From: Octopus sinensis
Lineage: Eukaryota
DNA length: 64,000 nucleotides
NCBI RefSeq assembly: GCF_006345805.1
Contig: NC_042999.1
Coordinates: 90,396,001-90,460,000, forward strand
Direction of reading: 5' to 3'
Below are positions 63,931 through 64,000 of the stretch, piece after piece. The notes beneath the pieces were generated by a model. That model saw only the letters and a list, made by a program, of their open reading frames with translations, made no database searches and was not told the DNA's origin. Position numbers and translations under genes: made by a program. Position 1 is the stretch's first letter. Every line of letters begins with the position of its first letter.

Positions 63931-64000
63931 ATGCAACCAAGCACATATATGATGTATGTATGATATGCAGCTTGAGGTACGTAAACAAAATTGAACAGAC

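Overview
AT-rich, repeat-dense eukaryotic DNA; the SINE/LINE families and microsatellites suggest a cephalopod, most likely Octopus (inference). The only clear host gene is MADD (MAP kinase-activating death domain protein / Rab3-Rab27 GEF) on the minus strand: its first coding exon (uDENN region, CDS 2178-2788) is here and the gene continues left of the window. A CpG-rich block at about 25.4-26.6 kb is the likely promoter and non-coding exon 1, implying a ~22.7 kb first intron. The rest is mostly decayed mobile DNA: two mariner relics, RTE, CR1 and RLE-type LINE fragments, a Penelope-like GIY-YIG fragment, two Helitrons with recognisable termini, hAT and piggyBac-like relics, MITEs and many tRNA-derived SINEs. 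Points worth follow-up are several hammerhead-ribozyme motifs (one well-formed copy in a 488-bp partial tandem, retrozyme-like unit at 62.0-62.6 kb), an identical 13-mer at both ends of the predicted MADD intron 1 that would regenerate a splice donor, near-perfect intronic hairpins, and a possible decayed GAIN/GPS-type receptor gene at 31-37 kb. Repeat boundaries were read by eye and are approximate unless termini are quoted; no database searches were run.
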